Shown here piece after piece: positions 30,882 through 45,900 of a DNA stretch of 64,000 bases. The stretch lies in NCBI RefSeq assembly GCF_009914755.1, contig NC_060947.1. One strand, 5' to 3'. The stretch is from the human T2T-CHM13v2.0 reference genome, Homo sapiens. A program made the translations under genes and the position numbers. The first letter of the stretch is position 1. Each line of letters begins with the position of its first letter. The notes below the pieces were generated by a model. That model did not search any database and was not told the origin of the DNA. It worked only from the letters and a program-made list of their open reading frames with translations.

Positions 30882-31769
30882 AAGAGAACTGTTTTCTGTG
30901 CCACTCTGCAACTGAGGTCAGGATTGCTTTGGGACAGGGAGCCAAGGTCCGCTGCTTTGTTCCTATATAATGTATGGTAACATATGAACCTAGCCCCATT
31001 CTCACTCTTGGTCTTCAACCCGAAATGAGTATGATGACAAATGAAATGCAGTATCAGCATATGCCAGGGCCATGGAGCAGGAATGAAGCTTCCTTCCTTG
31101 ATTGTCTTCTTTACATACACCCACCATAGTCTGATTTCATACATGTAAACTGTTTGGCATAGAGGTCAAGCAAGGCATTAGGTTATTTAGATACAAGAAC
31201 TTTTATGGCAAGCACTGAAACCCGATGTCTGCAACTTACAATTTCAGAATCTGATTCAAACTTTCTGAGTAAATATCTAAGCAACAATGCAGATTTGCTT
31301 GAGCAGGAGTTGGAAGGCATGAATAATCTGCTAGGTTATCTAGTCCATCACTCTGATGATACGTAGTAGACAAGACATACTATAGCAGCATTTAAGTATT
31401 TTTTCAATACAGTTTTAGGTGAAGGATGAAGGACAGTTTAGAACACTGAAGAGCAATGTATCTGGAATCTTCACAGCATGGAGCATACTGTTTGTCTCAT
31501 CTACTTTTGGATAGGTAGCTGATAGGTTATGATACCAATCAGTCTTATTTTTATGTGAATTAATCAAGAACACTTAGAGCAATTCTGTCCTTCAGATGCC
31601 ACAAATTGCTAGATAATTTCTCTCTTATTTTAAATTGACACTAAGCATTGAAAACACGTTGACACTTCAACTTTTTATATGTAAAAGCAGTTGTGAGAGG
31701 ACCTAGGCAAGCTGTAGACAATTGCCAAGCATCTTCTCCCCTGGAAATTTATTTGAAAGTAGCCTAGTG

Positions 31770-31972
31770 TCTCCCTAGTGGCATGCATCAGAATCACCTA
31801 GAGGTGATATCAGAAGTTTTCCCCTAGTATATTCAAACTCAAATTGCTGGACCAAACCCTCAGAGTTTCTGATTTAGTTGATTTGGGGTTGGGCCCCCAA
31901 ATTTGCATTTCTAACAAGTTCCCAGGTGATACTGATATTGCTGGTCCAGGGACCAGGGATTGAGAACCAATA
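31770..31972. mobile_element. MER5A (hAT-Charlie MITE)
   Basis: tgcatcagaatcacctagag...atttgcatttctaacaagttcccaggtgatactgatattgctggtccagggacc...tgagaacca. Confidence 0.85.
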
Positions 31973-32363
31973 AAGTAGCAAATGCTCATGAATTCTTGAT
32001 TTTTCATTCTTATTTCTTCCGTTGCCTGATCCCTTCAAGCCTAATTATGCTGAACTTATTCGGGACAATAATTAGAATAATTTTTGTCACTAACCTCACC
32101 ATTTTCCAGCTGCCAGCTCTGCTACCTCCTGTATTATCTGGTTATTATCCACAGTCAATATTTGGAATAAATTATTCGTTCACATTACCTCTTTTTTCTG
32201 ACTACCCATTCCTTTTAATTTTGAATCCTTTGCACTGTATTCAAACAGTGCTTGAAGGTCACCAAAGATTAACATCAAGTCAGCCCTAATTATTTTTGGC
32301 CTGTCTAAAGAATTTATTCATTCAACATTTACTGAATAAAATTGATATAGTCCTCATTTTTAA

Positions 32364-32811
<448 letters not shown>

Positions 32812-33213
32812 TAGAATTTATTAATTCTATTCAGGGAAGTTGAGAAAGGCTTATTACTAGTAACTACGACTCTCCTCCCTTTCCACACGCATACCATCTT
32901 CATCACCCATGACAGTTCAATCCAGTAAGTATATCTTAAATTCCAAGTGTGCATAAATTGCCGTGCTTTGTTCTGGCACCAACACCTATTGAGTGTGGGA
33001 ACTAGATCAAACAACTTATGAGCTCTATCTTATCTATAAAAGTGGCATATTCGTAACTAACTCACTGAATTGATTTTAGGATTTAAAAAAAAGCACTTAT
33101 GAAAGTGCCTGAGTTATAGGCACATGATAGATAGGCAACAAATGTTGGTTCTCCTACCCCTTAAAAGAGGAATAGGATATTATCACCTGATGAAGGAAGA
33201 ACAGTATGCCGAG

Positions 33214-33315
33214 GTCAGGAGGAACATAAGTAAATGGGTAGAAATCTTCACCCATTTGTGCAGTCAGGAGGAACATAAGTAAATGGGTAGAAATCTTCAC
33301 CCATTTGTGCAGTCA
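33214..33315. repeat. Perfect 49-bp tandem duplication (2 copies plus GTCA)
   Basis: GTCAGGAGGAACATAAGTAAATGGGTAGAAATCTTCACCCATTTGTGCA occurs at 33214-33262 and 33263-33311. Confidence 0.97.
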
Positions 33316-33619
33316 ACAAATACAGATAGAGTGCCTATTGTATGCTACCCACTTTTCTAGATGCTGAGTATATAAAAGTGAACAAAGAAGACAAGAAAAC
33401 TCTGTACTTGTGTCCAGCATAGCTGAAGTGAGTGTGGGAACTTGAGAGAGGATAATAGCTAGAGATAAGATCACAACAGAGTAGGAGCCAGAGGGATTTT
33501 TAGTTTATAGTGATGGGAAGCTAAGGTAGGCTCTCAACACTTCTTATCTGGATGATGATGGTACCCATGATAACATGCTATCTTATTCAATTCTGCAAAC
33601 ATGTCTGTGAACATAGGTG

Positions 33620-33760
33620 CTTATCTAATGCTCATTTTATAGATAACAAACCTGAGACATGGAGTATTCATGTAACTTGCCCAAGGTCATACAAGTAGTA
33701 AATGGTAGGGTCAAGGTTCGGACCTGGTTCTGTCTGAATCCAAAATCTATGCTTAATAAT
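33620..33760 (-). mobile_element. MIR
   Basis: ctcattttatagat...gtaacttgcccaaggtcatacaagtagtaaatggtagggtcaaggttcggacc. Confidence 0.8.
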
Positions 33761-34566
33761 TATTCTGATTAGAAATTTGAATTTTATTACATGAGTTGTA
33801 AAGAACCATTTACTTTTTTTAAGGAAGGGAGTGACATGATCATATATATGTTTAAGAACCATAATTAGGCTAAATCATATAGGATAAAATGAAGCAAAGA
33901 GAATGGAATGGTTATGACCATCTTTTCGTAGTGTATTTTCACATAGCTAACACTTCTGTTTAAAATTTGAGCTGCCATCCTTTTCCTAATGCCAGTTCAC
34001 TCTAGAGTTATTTCCCTCATTCTGGACATGATACAACATTCTTTTAATCATCGGGACTTAAAGCTTTTGGAGTCTTTGATTTTTCCCTTTCCCTCATCTT
34101 AATATTCACTGACTAAATCCTGTTTTTCCTTACAATCTCTCTTGAATTTGCCCTTTTTTTGTCTTTTCTACACATACCCTAGTTATCATTTTAAGTATAT
34201 CAGTCTTTGACATTTGCCACCAAATTATTCTCCTATGTCGTTTCTTTTCTATATCATTTTGTATTTTCTACTAAATTCTAAGCTTAAGGCCTTAAAAGTA
34301 CCATGCATCATTTATCTCTTATCCCTGGTGTTCAGCATAGTCCTCAACTCACGGTGGATTAAAGAATGTACTTCTCCATTCATATTTGCTTTGCTCCTAA
34401 CCTGCCTCCCCTAAAAAAATGTACAGTGCTCCATTTCCTGAGTGACAAATTATAACTTTATTCTGGCATTCACTTGCACCTAACTCTAGCAAATGTGTGT
34501 TCTGGAAAAGTTTGGCCTTTGTAGTCAACCTCTGTGTGTGTGGTGGGGTCATATATAAGCGCAGTT

Positions 34567-34569
<3 letters not shown>

Positions 34570-34600
<31 letters not shown>
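34570..34600. repeat. (AT)n microsatellite
   Basis: About 15 consecutive AT units. Confidence 0.95.
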
Positions 34601-34604
<4 letters not shown>

Positions 34605-35174
34605 AGAATTAAATTTAGGAGTATTGCTCTATAGCCCAGAAAAGTTGGAGTTTAGAGAAGAATCTGCATTCGGAAACATTTATTGACTATCTAGTATTTT
34701 CTAACATCCTCCTAGGCACCATGGATTCAAAAATATTACCAAAGCAAAGTCTCTAGCCATGTAAGAGCTCATATTGAGTGTGAGAGACTACTATGTTGAA
34801 ATGTTTACAGTGAATGAAGATGGCCAAAAAAAGTTATTAATTGCTTCTAAGATAGAGAAGTCTTCAGAAATGACATGGGAGTTGAGTAGTCTGAAATGTG
34901 AGTAGGTATTTTCTTGGCGGATAAAAAGGAACAAAAAGGAAGGGCGTCCACACAGAGAGAGCTGTTGGTGCAAAAGCACAGTGGCATGAAACTGCATGGT
35001 ATGTTTAAGCAGTTGTAATCAGGCAGACAGCAGCAGGAGGCAGGTTAGAAAGGTAGACAAGGGTCAGCTCAAGGGAGTGTCTTGTATGCAAAATCAAGAA
35101 CTTTTCTTTTCCAGCAGATGACAGGAGCCTTTGCAATGGATCTTTTGAATGGACTCTAATTACCATTGAGAAAT

Positions 35175-35395
35175 TAAACATTTGAAGAATAACATCTATG
35201 CGGTTAGGTTAAATTAACTGCAGTTGTTTATTTGGAGAACAGGACGGGAATGAGAAGGGAACTTTCACTCTGTGAGAGGTTGTTACGTACAGCATAGTGA
35301 CCAGTTATTTTCAGTTCCCACTGAGGACAAAGCAAGAAGAAATAGGCTTACATCTCATCAGAAGGGAAAATTACCTACAGAAGGGGTCCTTCACA
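35175..35395 (+). mobile_element. L3/CR1 LINE 3' remnant
   Basis: ttgtttatttggagaacagga...cccactgaggacaaagcaagaagaaataggcttaca resembles the end of CR1/L3 ORF2. Confidence 0.55.
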
Positions 35396-38300
35396 GAAAG
35401 ATTGAATGTGACTGACGTAGGTCATTAAAATGTTGTCTGAGGCTCTCTGGCTGTGTGCTGGTTTCTGTGTACTCAAACAGCCCAATTTCAAAGACATGGC
35501 AAGACTGAAGGTTTTGAAGCTTGAATGAGGATATTTGGAATAAAGAAATTTCTTATGTGTCAATTAGTTATTGAGAAATTTTGCTATATACCTAACTAAA
35601 TTTTGGAGATGTACTTGAACATATAAAATATATGTAGTATCTTTCATAATATAACGTTTGTGTGTACTAGGAAAAAGAAATGATCAAAATCAGCTGTAGA
35701 AACACGTGTCCTATTAAAGGTATTTTGTATTCATGTACCATTTTAGAAAGTTATTAAAGATTAGGTAGATAGAATTCAATTAAATTCAGTTATTAATCTT
35801 TATGTGTAACATTTATTGGTCAGATGATTAAATTAAAATTGCTGTATATGGTTTATTAACTGATGATTGCACCTGATCAGTTAATACAGTGACTCACTCT
35901 TGTCTTATTTTCATTATCATCCAGTGATAACTGCGCTTATTAAAATAATATAAAACTTATTTTAGCTTTTTCAAATATTTCCCATTTCTAGAACTGCTGT
36001 TTGTGTTATTGTTTGAAGATATATAAAAGAAGATTGTAGAGTGACCATTTTGTTCATCCTTTTGCATCTTATAAAAATAAGTCATATATGTCTCTCCCTA
36101 CCTGTCATGGCTGGAGAGAGGAAAAACACATACAGGGATGCAAAAAGGCACTTTGCTTCTGGCTAGAGCAAACCTTGAAATGCATACAATATAACCACCA
36201 CTAAGACTTAGGCAATCTAGGCAACTATTAATTGGATATTTCATGTTAATGTAAAATTTTAATATGATTTCATATTAAACAGCTATCAAATGGAAATCAA
36301 TTCTATTTCTTAATAAACTAACTCAAACATTTTGGAAATGACTTGTACATAATCAGATTAGATTACTCTTGTTCTACCCCAAGAGATGTGTATATCCAAC
36401 TAGTACACTTAGAAAAGCAAATTATTGGATAAATGTCTTTAACCAGTAGAACTGATGTTCTTAGTTGCCTTCTGTGCTGACATTGAACAACACGATAGGG
36501 CCTGAGAGAGATACAATGGCTAATGTGTGAATGGCATAGACTTGGTAAGAGAGACTGAAGGCATGATATAAAGTAATTAAGCTTCAATAAGTAAAAAATA
36601 TTTTCCATTATATTTTAATATTATATATATATATATTTTAAATAATTGGTCTAAGGCCTCTCACACATAGAGAAAGGTTTAAAAGACCACCCATTTGTCG
36701 TGATTTCCTGCCAGTTTGAACCATTAAAATGGTCTCTGTGTGTTTTTTTTTTTAAAAAAAAACAACAAATATTGCAATACATTAAGCAGCTTGTCTCCCA
36801 GACCAACTAAGATACTTCTCAACTTGACAAGACAAACATTTGGCCATGTTTGCCCATGCTTTGAAGGGAATATTATGATTCTAAAAGAAATACATGCATA
36901 GTCTGTCTAAAAGTCTTTTATCATTTCATCAAAGATACTAATACATTTAACTGATGTTGTGCTTTATTTATCTTTTTAAAATGTAACCATTAACTCTTCT
37001 AAATTTTGTAACAAATTAAATTGTTAGTGGACCAGATACTGAATAAATATTTATTAATAAATACAATTTTTGAAAATTAAGCACTTATAAGTATGCATGC
37101 CAAAAACTGAAATGTTTTTTAATACAAAACAATCTAACACATGTGACAAAGAAAAAAAATCACCCATAAAATTGACATATGAGCACAGTGCTATTTTTCT
37201 GTTTTTATATTTCCTTTCCAGTGTTAGCCATGTGCGTTTTATTGTAAACTATAATGTACTTGTACAATTTGATGTCCTAAAAAACTAGGTGGGTTTTTGT
37301 TGTTTTGAATTGTGTTCTTTTTTAAAAAAAAAAATTGTTTTTGTCTCCATTTATGTTATGACTCCAAAGAGTCCATAAAATACATAGGAATTTCCTTTCC
37401 TTTGGGAAGATGTACCTGCAATTTTTTCTAAGCACTTAATGTTTCCAGAATTTTAGGATTTAGGTAGTTAGTGAACTTCTAAGGAAAAAGAAAATGTTAA
37501 TTTCCTTTTTATTTGGAATATCCGGCATACTCTTAAAAACGATGCACTTTGTAAACACATCACACAGTAATCCCAGGTAAAGACCTCTCTTTAGGAATGT
37601 GAGCTTCCCATTGATTCCTCTACAGCTGCTATCCTTACTTAAGGAAAATTGCCCTTGAGGTTTGTGTTGCTTTTTGTTCTTTCAGCTTGTCCTTGAGTTG
37701 TGTCATTTCTACCTTAAAGTACTTAAAAGTGTTTAGTGGATCAGCATGATAATGTAAAATTTTAAATATTTTTCCTATGTGGGATAAAGTAATCCCCGAA
37801 ATTTTGAAAGAAATCATTGTGACCTCTTGAACTATCAACATTATGCCTCCTGTGGCTGTTTGGTTGTTTGGAACCTTGAGACTAATATTTCTTCTAAGTT
37901 GTTTACATCACATTGAGATGCAAATGGTTGTTAAAAACCTGTAGAACAAAACAGATCCAGTGTGGGCCTGATTTATTAAATGCTATGTTTTTCTTTCTTA
38001 GTCACTCAAACAATAAGGATTAATTTACTCTGTTACCTAAATATCCTGTACAGCCTTTTCATAAACCTGTTTGTGAAAAATACTCATTTATTCTAAACAG
38101 AGTAATCCTTAAAGCTAAAAATTCCAAATCAGTATGAACATCAGTGGACAAACCCATCATCTAAGGATTATAGAATTATAACATCCAATAGAATGAGAAA
38201 ACTTGATACTTTATGCTGTATTTATGCTTTGTTTCTAAGTAAATCCTTGATTTTATTTGCAGCTTAGTCTAGTATGAGAATTATATTGCAGCACTAGATT

Positions 38301-38926
38301 TTCTTTTTTTGTGTGTCCTATGCTTTAAAGATTTTTACCATTCTAACTGTGGCATCTCTTTTGTTGTGTGTCTGAAAAGGAAATACAATATGTAAGCAAA
38401 TAAAATTTTTCATATTATCAGGATTGTATGGTGAGATTTTTTTTAATAACTCAGTATAAGCACAACCTTGAGAATTATTTTCTGATGGTCCATGCAAGTA
38501 GAGGAGGATAAAATGTGCTTGCTCCTTTACATTAATTTACATCAACAATGGCTAGAAATAAATATAATCTCACAAATGAATCTAACTTTTAAGAACATAT
38601 TTTTGTAATAAAGCAAAGAACAGAATGATGATAAAATAAGCACACAGTAACTTGGGCTATTATCAATACTTAAATGGATGTTCTTCTCTCATGAAAAGAA
38701 TAGTTCATTTTGCCACAATAATTTAGACATTTTTGAAAATACAGATTAAGGTTTAATTTGGCACTTTTACTGGTCATCTTACTTGCTTTTAAAATATGGA
38801 GCTCCTTTTAAAATCTAGAGCACCGCTACTAGACCACATTAAGAACCTACCCCAAAGTTTTAAAAACATTTTAAATGGGTTATAATAAATTCATTCATTT
38901 CACTTGTTTAAAAAAGTATTTACTAA

Positions 38927-39097
<171 letters not shown>

Positions 39098-40914
39098 TGA
39101 TTTATAACTACTTTGAGATTATCTCTTGCCTATATGGTTTAAATGGAACAATTAAAGAATCTGTAAACATTATTCATAAAAGTATTTTTTGTTTGTTTAC
39201 TGATAAAAGAAAAGCAGGAAAATAGTTTCCATTAGCTTATATTTGACAGCATACTACATTTTAATAACCTATTTTGTCTTACATCATTTTTTTTACCACT
39301 GCTACGTTATTAAAGCTTTCATTTCTCTGATCAGATAATATGTTTGTACTTTCATTTGATAAACATTTAAGTGGATATTGTTTGCAAAGGAACCATACTA
39401 TAGGGCTCTTGGTTATATGACAATGATTGTGAGAGTTTTTGATTGAGTGTGGTTAAAATATAGTAAATGAGAAAAATGTGTGTATATATACATACACACA
39501 AATGTGTTATAAAATAAGGATGCATGTGAGAAATGCTGCAGGAAAAGATAATGTCCTATAGTTGAGATGAGGAGGAAAGTACTCTTGAATGGGTGGGTAA
39601 GAGAAGGCTTCATGGAAGAGGTCAAAGGTGAAATATGAGGTTAGGGTTTTACAGACATGGAAAAGAGGTTTGCTTTCCAGAGAGAAAACAACATGAGCAA
39701 GGCAAAGTGGCAGAATGTTTTAGGACAAGTGAAGGGAATGGTTGACTCTGAGGCTGGAGCAGTAAGGTAGGTATCTCTGAGACTTCAGTGTCAGGCTAAG
39801 GAGTCTAGTCTTGATGTGGTAAGCAGTACAGCATCATTGAAGGGATAGAATAGACAAGCCATGGCTCCTGTGAGGAACAGGATGTTTGAAACAAAAATGT
39901 CTCTGAGATTTTAATTCAGGGTAATTAGCTTTGTCAGTAAGTATTATCTACTTTTGCAAGAGGTTGAAAAGTGAAAGAAAAGAAGATTAAGGAAACATTT
40001 GCTGAAGGTGAGATTATGTGCGAGAAGAAGTGCATTTTCCCTCTTAGATAAGAGAAGTACACCATAAATCTTATACTTGAAATTACGCTGAAGTAATTTC
40101 ATTCTGTAACTCTGAGGACTTTTGGTAAGGACTTCATATATGTTTCTCAAGTTTATTACAAACCATATAAACCTGTTAGTTTCCTTTTAAGTTAAAAATA
40201 GTGAATCTATAAAACCCAGAATATTCTTTGAATAACATTGTGCAGTGGTCATCTCAGCCAGTTGGGTATTGTCAATCAAATCCTCAACATATTTCTTTAA
40301 TTTTACCGAGTTTGTATCGTTTTGTGGTCCAAGGAGCAAACTAACACAAAAAGACAAACTATGATTGTATTGTATTATTTATTTTCTTTCGTTGTTTTCA
40401 AAAAATTGTGAAATATGATGGAAAATTACACAAATTACAACTATAATGGCAACTTTCTGGTAATAGCTCTTCTAAAGAATTTATCTTTGGATTTAAAAAT
40501 ACAGCTTTCTGACTAGAAGCATATTTACTAACATGTGGCTAATGTGAAATAATAACATTTTAAACATTTGTGTTGTAATTTGAAATGTATATATATATAT
40601 AGCACAAAAAAGACCAGTTATTAAATTAGCTCATTTTGTTGCTATTAATACTTTTTGATTGCCTTCTACCAGAATTTTTTTCTAAGTTTTCTTTGTTCAA
40701 CATGTATAATCAATTTTTACAACATTTTGGAAAGAAGTATGTCAATAATATATCTATATATACACACACAGTGCCACACATGAAAATATATATATTTATA
40801 TGTAATATATTTACTATACATAAATAAATATGTACCACACACTTATATCAATCAACAGGTATTTATATAAACCTCAATCAACAGTTATATATATGTTATA
40901 TATAACCATAGGTA

Positions 40915-41879
40915 TTTACATGTGATCCAGCAGTTCCACTACTAGGTATTTATCCAAAGAAAAAGAAATCAGCATATCAAAGGGATACCTGTACCCCATG
41001 TTTATTGCAACACTGTTCACAATAGGTAAGATATGAAATCAGCCTAGATGTCTATCAATGGATTAATGGATAAAGAAAATGTGGTGTATATACACAATGG
41101 AATACTATTCATCTGTAAAAAAGAAATAAATCCTCTCATTTGAAGTAACATGGATGGAACTGGAGGTAATTAAGTGAAATAAGCCAGGCACAGATAGACA
41201 GATATTGCATGTTTTTACTCATATGCAGGAGCTAAGAAGGTTGGTCTCATAGAGATAGAGCGTAGATTGATGCTTACCACAGGCTGGGAAAGGTGAAGGG
41301 TAGGGGGATGAAGAGTGGTTGGTTAATGTGTACGAACATACAGTTAGGTGGAAGAAATAAGTTCTGGCCTGGTGCAATGGCTCACACCTGTAATTTCAGC
41401 TAGTTGGGAGGCTGAGGTGGGAGGAACACTTGAGGCCAGGAGTTTGAGACCAGCCTGGGCAGCATAGTGAGACCACCCCCATCAGAAAATTTTAAAAATT
41501 AGCCAGTTTCATGCTACTTGCAGGGGCTGAGGCAAGAGCATTCCTCGAGCCCAGGAGGCTACAGTGAGCTATGATCACACCATTGCACTCTAGCCTGGGC
41601 GACAGAGCAAGACCCTGTCTCTTAAAAAAAATTAAAGAAAGAAATAATACGTCCTAATGTTTGATAGCAGAATAGATTGACTGTGGGTAGGAATGATATA
41701 TTGCATATTTCAAAATAGCTAGAAGAGAAGATTTGAAATATTCCCAACACAAAGAAATGATAAATGTTCAAGGTGGTAGATACCCTAAACACCCCAATTT
41801 AGTCATTACACATTCTATGCATGTAGCAATATATCATATGTACCCCATAAGTATACAAATATTATGTATCAATAAAAAA
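40915..41879 (+). mobile_element. L1MA-type 3' end interrupted by an AluJ
   Basis: gatccagcagttccactactaggtatttatccaaag...aatggataaagaaaatgtggtgtatatacacaatggaatactatt...tattatgtatcaataaaaaa. Confidence 0.9.
41366..41640 (+). mobile_element. AluJ-type element (diverged, small deletions)
   Basis: Dimer with a J-type right arm gagctatgatcacaccattgcac. AAGAAATAA is duplicated on the flanks. Confidence 0.88.
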
Positions 41880-42014
41880 CTTAAGAATATATAGATATTT
41901 ATATATGTGTATATAGCGTGTATATATATATATATTTTATATAGTTATGTAGTGAGACATTCAATAATCTTGTACACTTTAGCCACTACTGCTACTGACA
42001 AAAGTAGATTGTAG

Positions 42015-42352
<338 letters not shown>

Positions 42353-42570
42353 TGACACTATAACTTTCTAATCCTAGCTCTACTACCTATTAGTTCTATA
42401 ATTTGAGCTAATAATTTAAACTTCTAAGATTTTGTTTACTCATCTGTAAAATGAGAATAATAACAGTGAGATTAAATTAGTTAACATAGGCATTGCATCC
42501 AGTAAAATGGTATAGTTTATAGTATATGCTTGACACATAGTAAGTATGCGGCTGTTGCTGAACTACTACC

Positions 42571-42629
<59 letters not shown>

Positions 42630-42640
42630 TAGTAGTAGTA
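42571..42640. repeat. (AGT)n trinucleotide microsatellite, (AGT)18 GGT (AGT)4
   Basis: Read directly from the sequence, at the 3' tail of the MIR. Confidence 0.95.
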
Positions 42641-43305
42641 TTGATATACCACTAAGGATATTATAGTTCTTTCTTTTGTCTTATTAGAAGGGAACAATCA
42701 TAAAATATCTTATAGTTCCTCCAGTCTCAGTAAGTATGTATTATATTCAATTCTATTTGTTTGTTTCCTATTCCTGGGCTTTTGGTAAATCCTTTTATAT
42801 ATTTTTTTCTTTATTTTATTTTTCCTTTTTAATTTTTTGTATATCACCAACTTCCTTTTTCCAATCCATTTCAAGAGCGAAATCTCTCTGCTCTATTTTG
42901 ATCATTCCTGATTTTGTGCATTCTTCCTGCCAGTGTATTCAAAAGACTGTTGCCAAAAATCCTCTTCTTATATCACTGTTTGGGCCATAGCAATCCCTAC
43001 TCTCAAATTATTTTGACTAGTTATTTTTCTTTCCCTATGAAATTCAGACTGAGAATTCTCAACTCAAAAAGATCTTACGCACATTCTGCCTGCTTGCATC
43101 CCTCTTTCATTTCCTCCTAGTTCTCATTTCAGTATACCCAGACATATAGTCTCCTGAGCCATTTTTATTCCTTTATAATAATCCTGTCTCTGTGTACGAT
43201 TTCATGCTGCATCCTCTGGCTGGAAATTTCACCTGCCCTGTACTCTAAGACAACTGACTGTCATTTGCCAAATCTCTGTTCAGAATCTATTTCCTTTTTC
43301 TTCTT

Positions 43306-43307
<2 letters not shown>

Positions 43308-43338
<31 letters not shown>
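43308..43338. repeat. Poly(T)31 tract
   Basis: Read directly; no adjacent Alu body. Confidence 0.9.
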
Positions 43339-43341
<3 letters not shown>

Positions 43342-45369
43342 AAAGCCTTAGGAGAAAATACTTTTTGTATTAGTCTGCAGGAAGAAACAAAGCATTGTAA
43401 AAGGTCAAGCCAATTACCTCTTATTTATATTTAAATACTTTTCCTTGGTATTTGAGTCTAACTTGTCTTGTTTACTTAATGTACATTTCAGCCCTGTTTG
43501 AATCACACTTTATCACATTCAGGACTGTGTATAACATAGCAAAAAACAAAAATAGGTCAACACTATATAATTCATTTTATTTGATGATGGACTATCTCTT
43601 TGTAAAATGATCCCGTTCTCTTCAAAAACAAAAACAAAAGATTGTCTTTTTTTTTTTAAACTGGAGTGATATAGATAAGAAAAAACTAATTCAGTTAATG
43701 AATTATATAGCTAATATTGAAAGAACAACTTGATTACTACCAATATCTTTTTTCATATTTTTGTGTTATTAGAACGCACATACCTACTTTGATAGAGTAA
43801 GATCTTTTCTGTGTGGTATAGCAAATACCAAATTTATTTTAGTTCAGTACTAAAATTCCAGGCATCAACATTACTGGCAAAGGGGAAAAAAATCACCTTG
43901 AAGTGAAAGGCAAACAAAAAGAAAGAAGTATGTGGGTTCCATGGAAAAAATCATCATAATTACATTTATTCCTTGTAAAGCTAAGCTGCTAAAATTGTGT
44001 GCTTCTTGGAAAATGCAAAACTATGGTATAAACTTGGCATATTTTTCTAGACCTCTGTAGCTCAAAGATAGTGGGGAAAAACACATCATTTTTACATTAA
44101 AACAGATATGTATTATGGAGTAGAATTCAAAATCCACATTAATTTTAAAAATAAAACAGATGACTTCAAAGAAATTTCCCACTTGTAGCAGATCCCTACA
44201 GGATTATTTTCAGTCTTCTCTTCCATTAGGGGTACTTTGGTGGGAAAAGTTTATGAAGCATTGCCTGAAGAATTAGAGAGCAGTTTTGTTTTGGGTTAAG
44301 TTTACGTATTTATTTATTTAGTTTGTTATTCAGTTAGTTAGTGACTATTGCAGGGAAAAGGGAGGAAAGTAGGCAAGGTGAGGGAAGAGAGAGTATATCA
44401 CTTCCTTTTAAACATTGTCATAGGCCGTATGAAGTTCAGAAGCAAATTGTATAATGTAACTTTATTACCAGTAAAGTTAATAAAATAACATTGCTCTTGT
44501 CATTTTATTCTTGGTTAAATTATAAATCTGTGGGTCATTTCATTCAAGATTGGCATACCAATTAGTCTTTAGAGAAAGAAAATGGTTGTTACAGAGACTT
44601 TGATGCCTTTAAAACATTGAATTTTTTTTTTCTTTTGGTGAACCACAATTATTTTTTTCCCCAATGATTAATTTTAAAGTTTATATATATGTATGTATAT
44701 GTACATATGTAAACTTATATCTAATAGATATATATTGTATAAAACATTGCTGGTTTACTAGACATATTTGATGTCTTTTTTTCCCCCTGTGGCTATCACT
44801 TTAATTTTCAGCTTTAAGGATTTTTTACTGTTTGATTTAAAACCACTCCTGTTTTATAGGTTGACTCCAGGTTTTAAACCAAATGGTTAGTAAAGTTTAA
44901 TTAAAGCTATTTTATTCAAAAGGGGGAAATTATATTAATGTATTTGAAGGTATTATTTATCCTGAGGTTTGCATAAATCCAAAATGGGTTTCACTTCAGT
45001 TAAATTGGTGCCATCCTACAAGATAAAAGCTAGTTAAGTTTCTTCTGAACAGTGCTAACTTTTTTATGAATTAAATAAATTATTATAATTTTAACAATCA
45101 ACTATACCTTTTGATATCTGCCATGTTTCCATGTCATGTTAGTTACCGATTAGCTGTTTATCCACTCTGACTTTTTCACGGGATTAATAACAATGGAAGT
45201 TCTGATTAAAGGCAATGTTATAGGGGAAAATCTATGGATTCATTCCATAGTAGTATTTCTTTTTTATATAAAAGAAAAAAGTAAAATAATAGCAAAGTTA
45301 AAAAGTTTGGGGGGAAGAAGAAAGATGAAACAATTCCAGAAACTCCACAGCTGGTTGAAGCTTTAGAGA

Positions 45370-45500
45370 TTATCTAGTCCCTGCTAAAAGGGACCCAAGA
45401 TGACATTTCATCCAAACTTATTTTACAGTTGAAGAAACTGAGATGCAGAATGATAAAGGACTTGCCCACGATCACATAGCTGGGCAGTAGAGTCCATGTA
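45370..45500 (-). mobile_element. MIR fragment
   Basis: ttattttacagttgaagaaactgagatgcaga...gacttgcccacgatcacatagct. Confidence 0.75.
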
Positions 45501-45900
45501 CATTTGGAGACCTTGTTTAGAGTTATTACATATATTTCATCCACATTTTTACCTCCTTTGTGGTCGAAAATATGCAACAAAGACTCATGCTCACATACTG
45601 GAAAACATATAGAAAGTAGATGCTGACCAAATAAAAAACTTACTGGAAGTATAAATGCTACTTTCTCTGTAGTTGTCCATAATCTTTCTAGCTCCATTTT
45701 GACAGAATTAACCATTCCTTTCTCTGTGTCACAGCAGCCCTTTAGCGTTATTGGTAATAGAGCACATACCACATTTGCACTTTTTATTTAATTATTTGCT
45801 TCTATCTGTACCTCCTCTTGAGTTTCTTAGTAACAAAGACTGTATTCTTTTTGTCCTTACAATCTCGGTGCTATCATAGCACCTCAGTCGGAGGGGCTCA

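Noticed and set aside
36743-37333. Two T-run/A-run palindromes (T11A9 and T6A10)
   Set aside because: Common low-complexity features in AT-rich introns, with no further structure.
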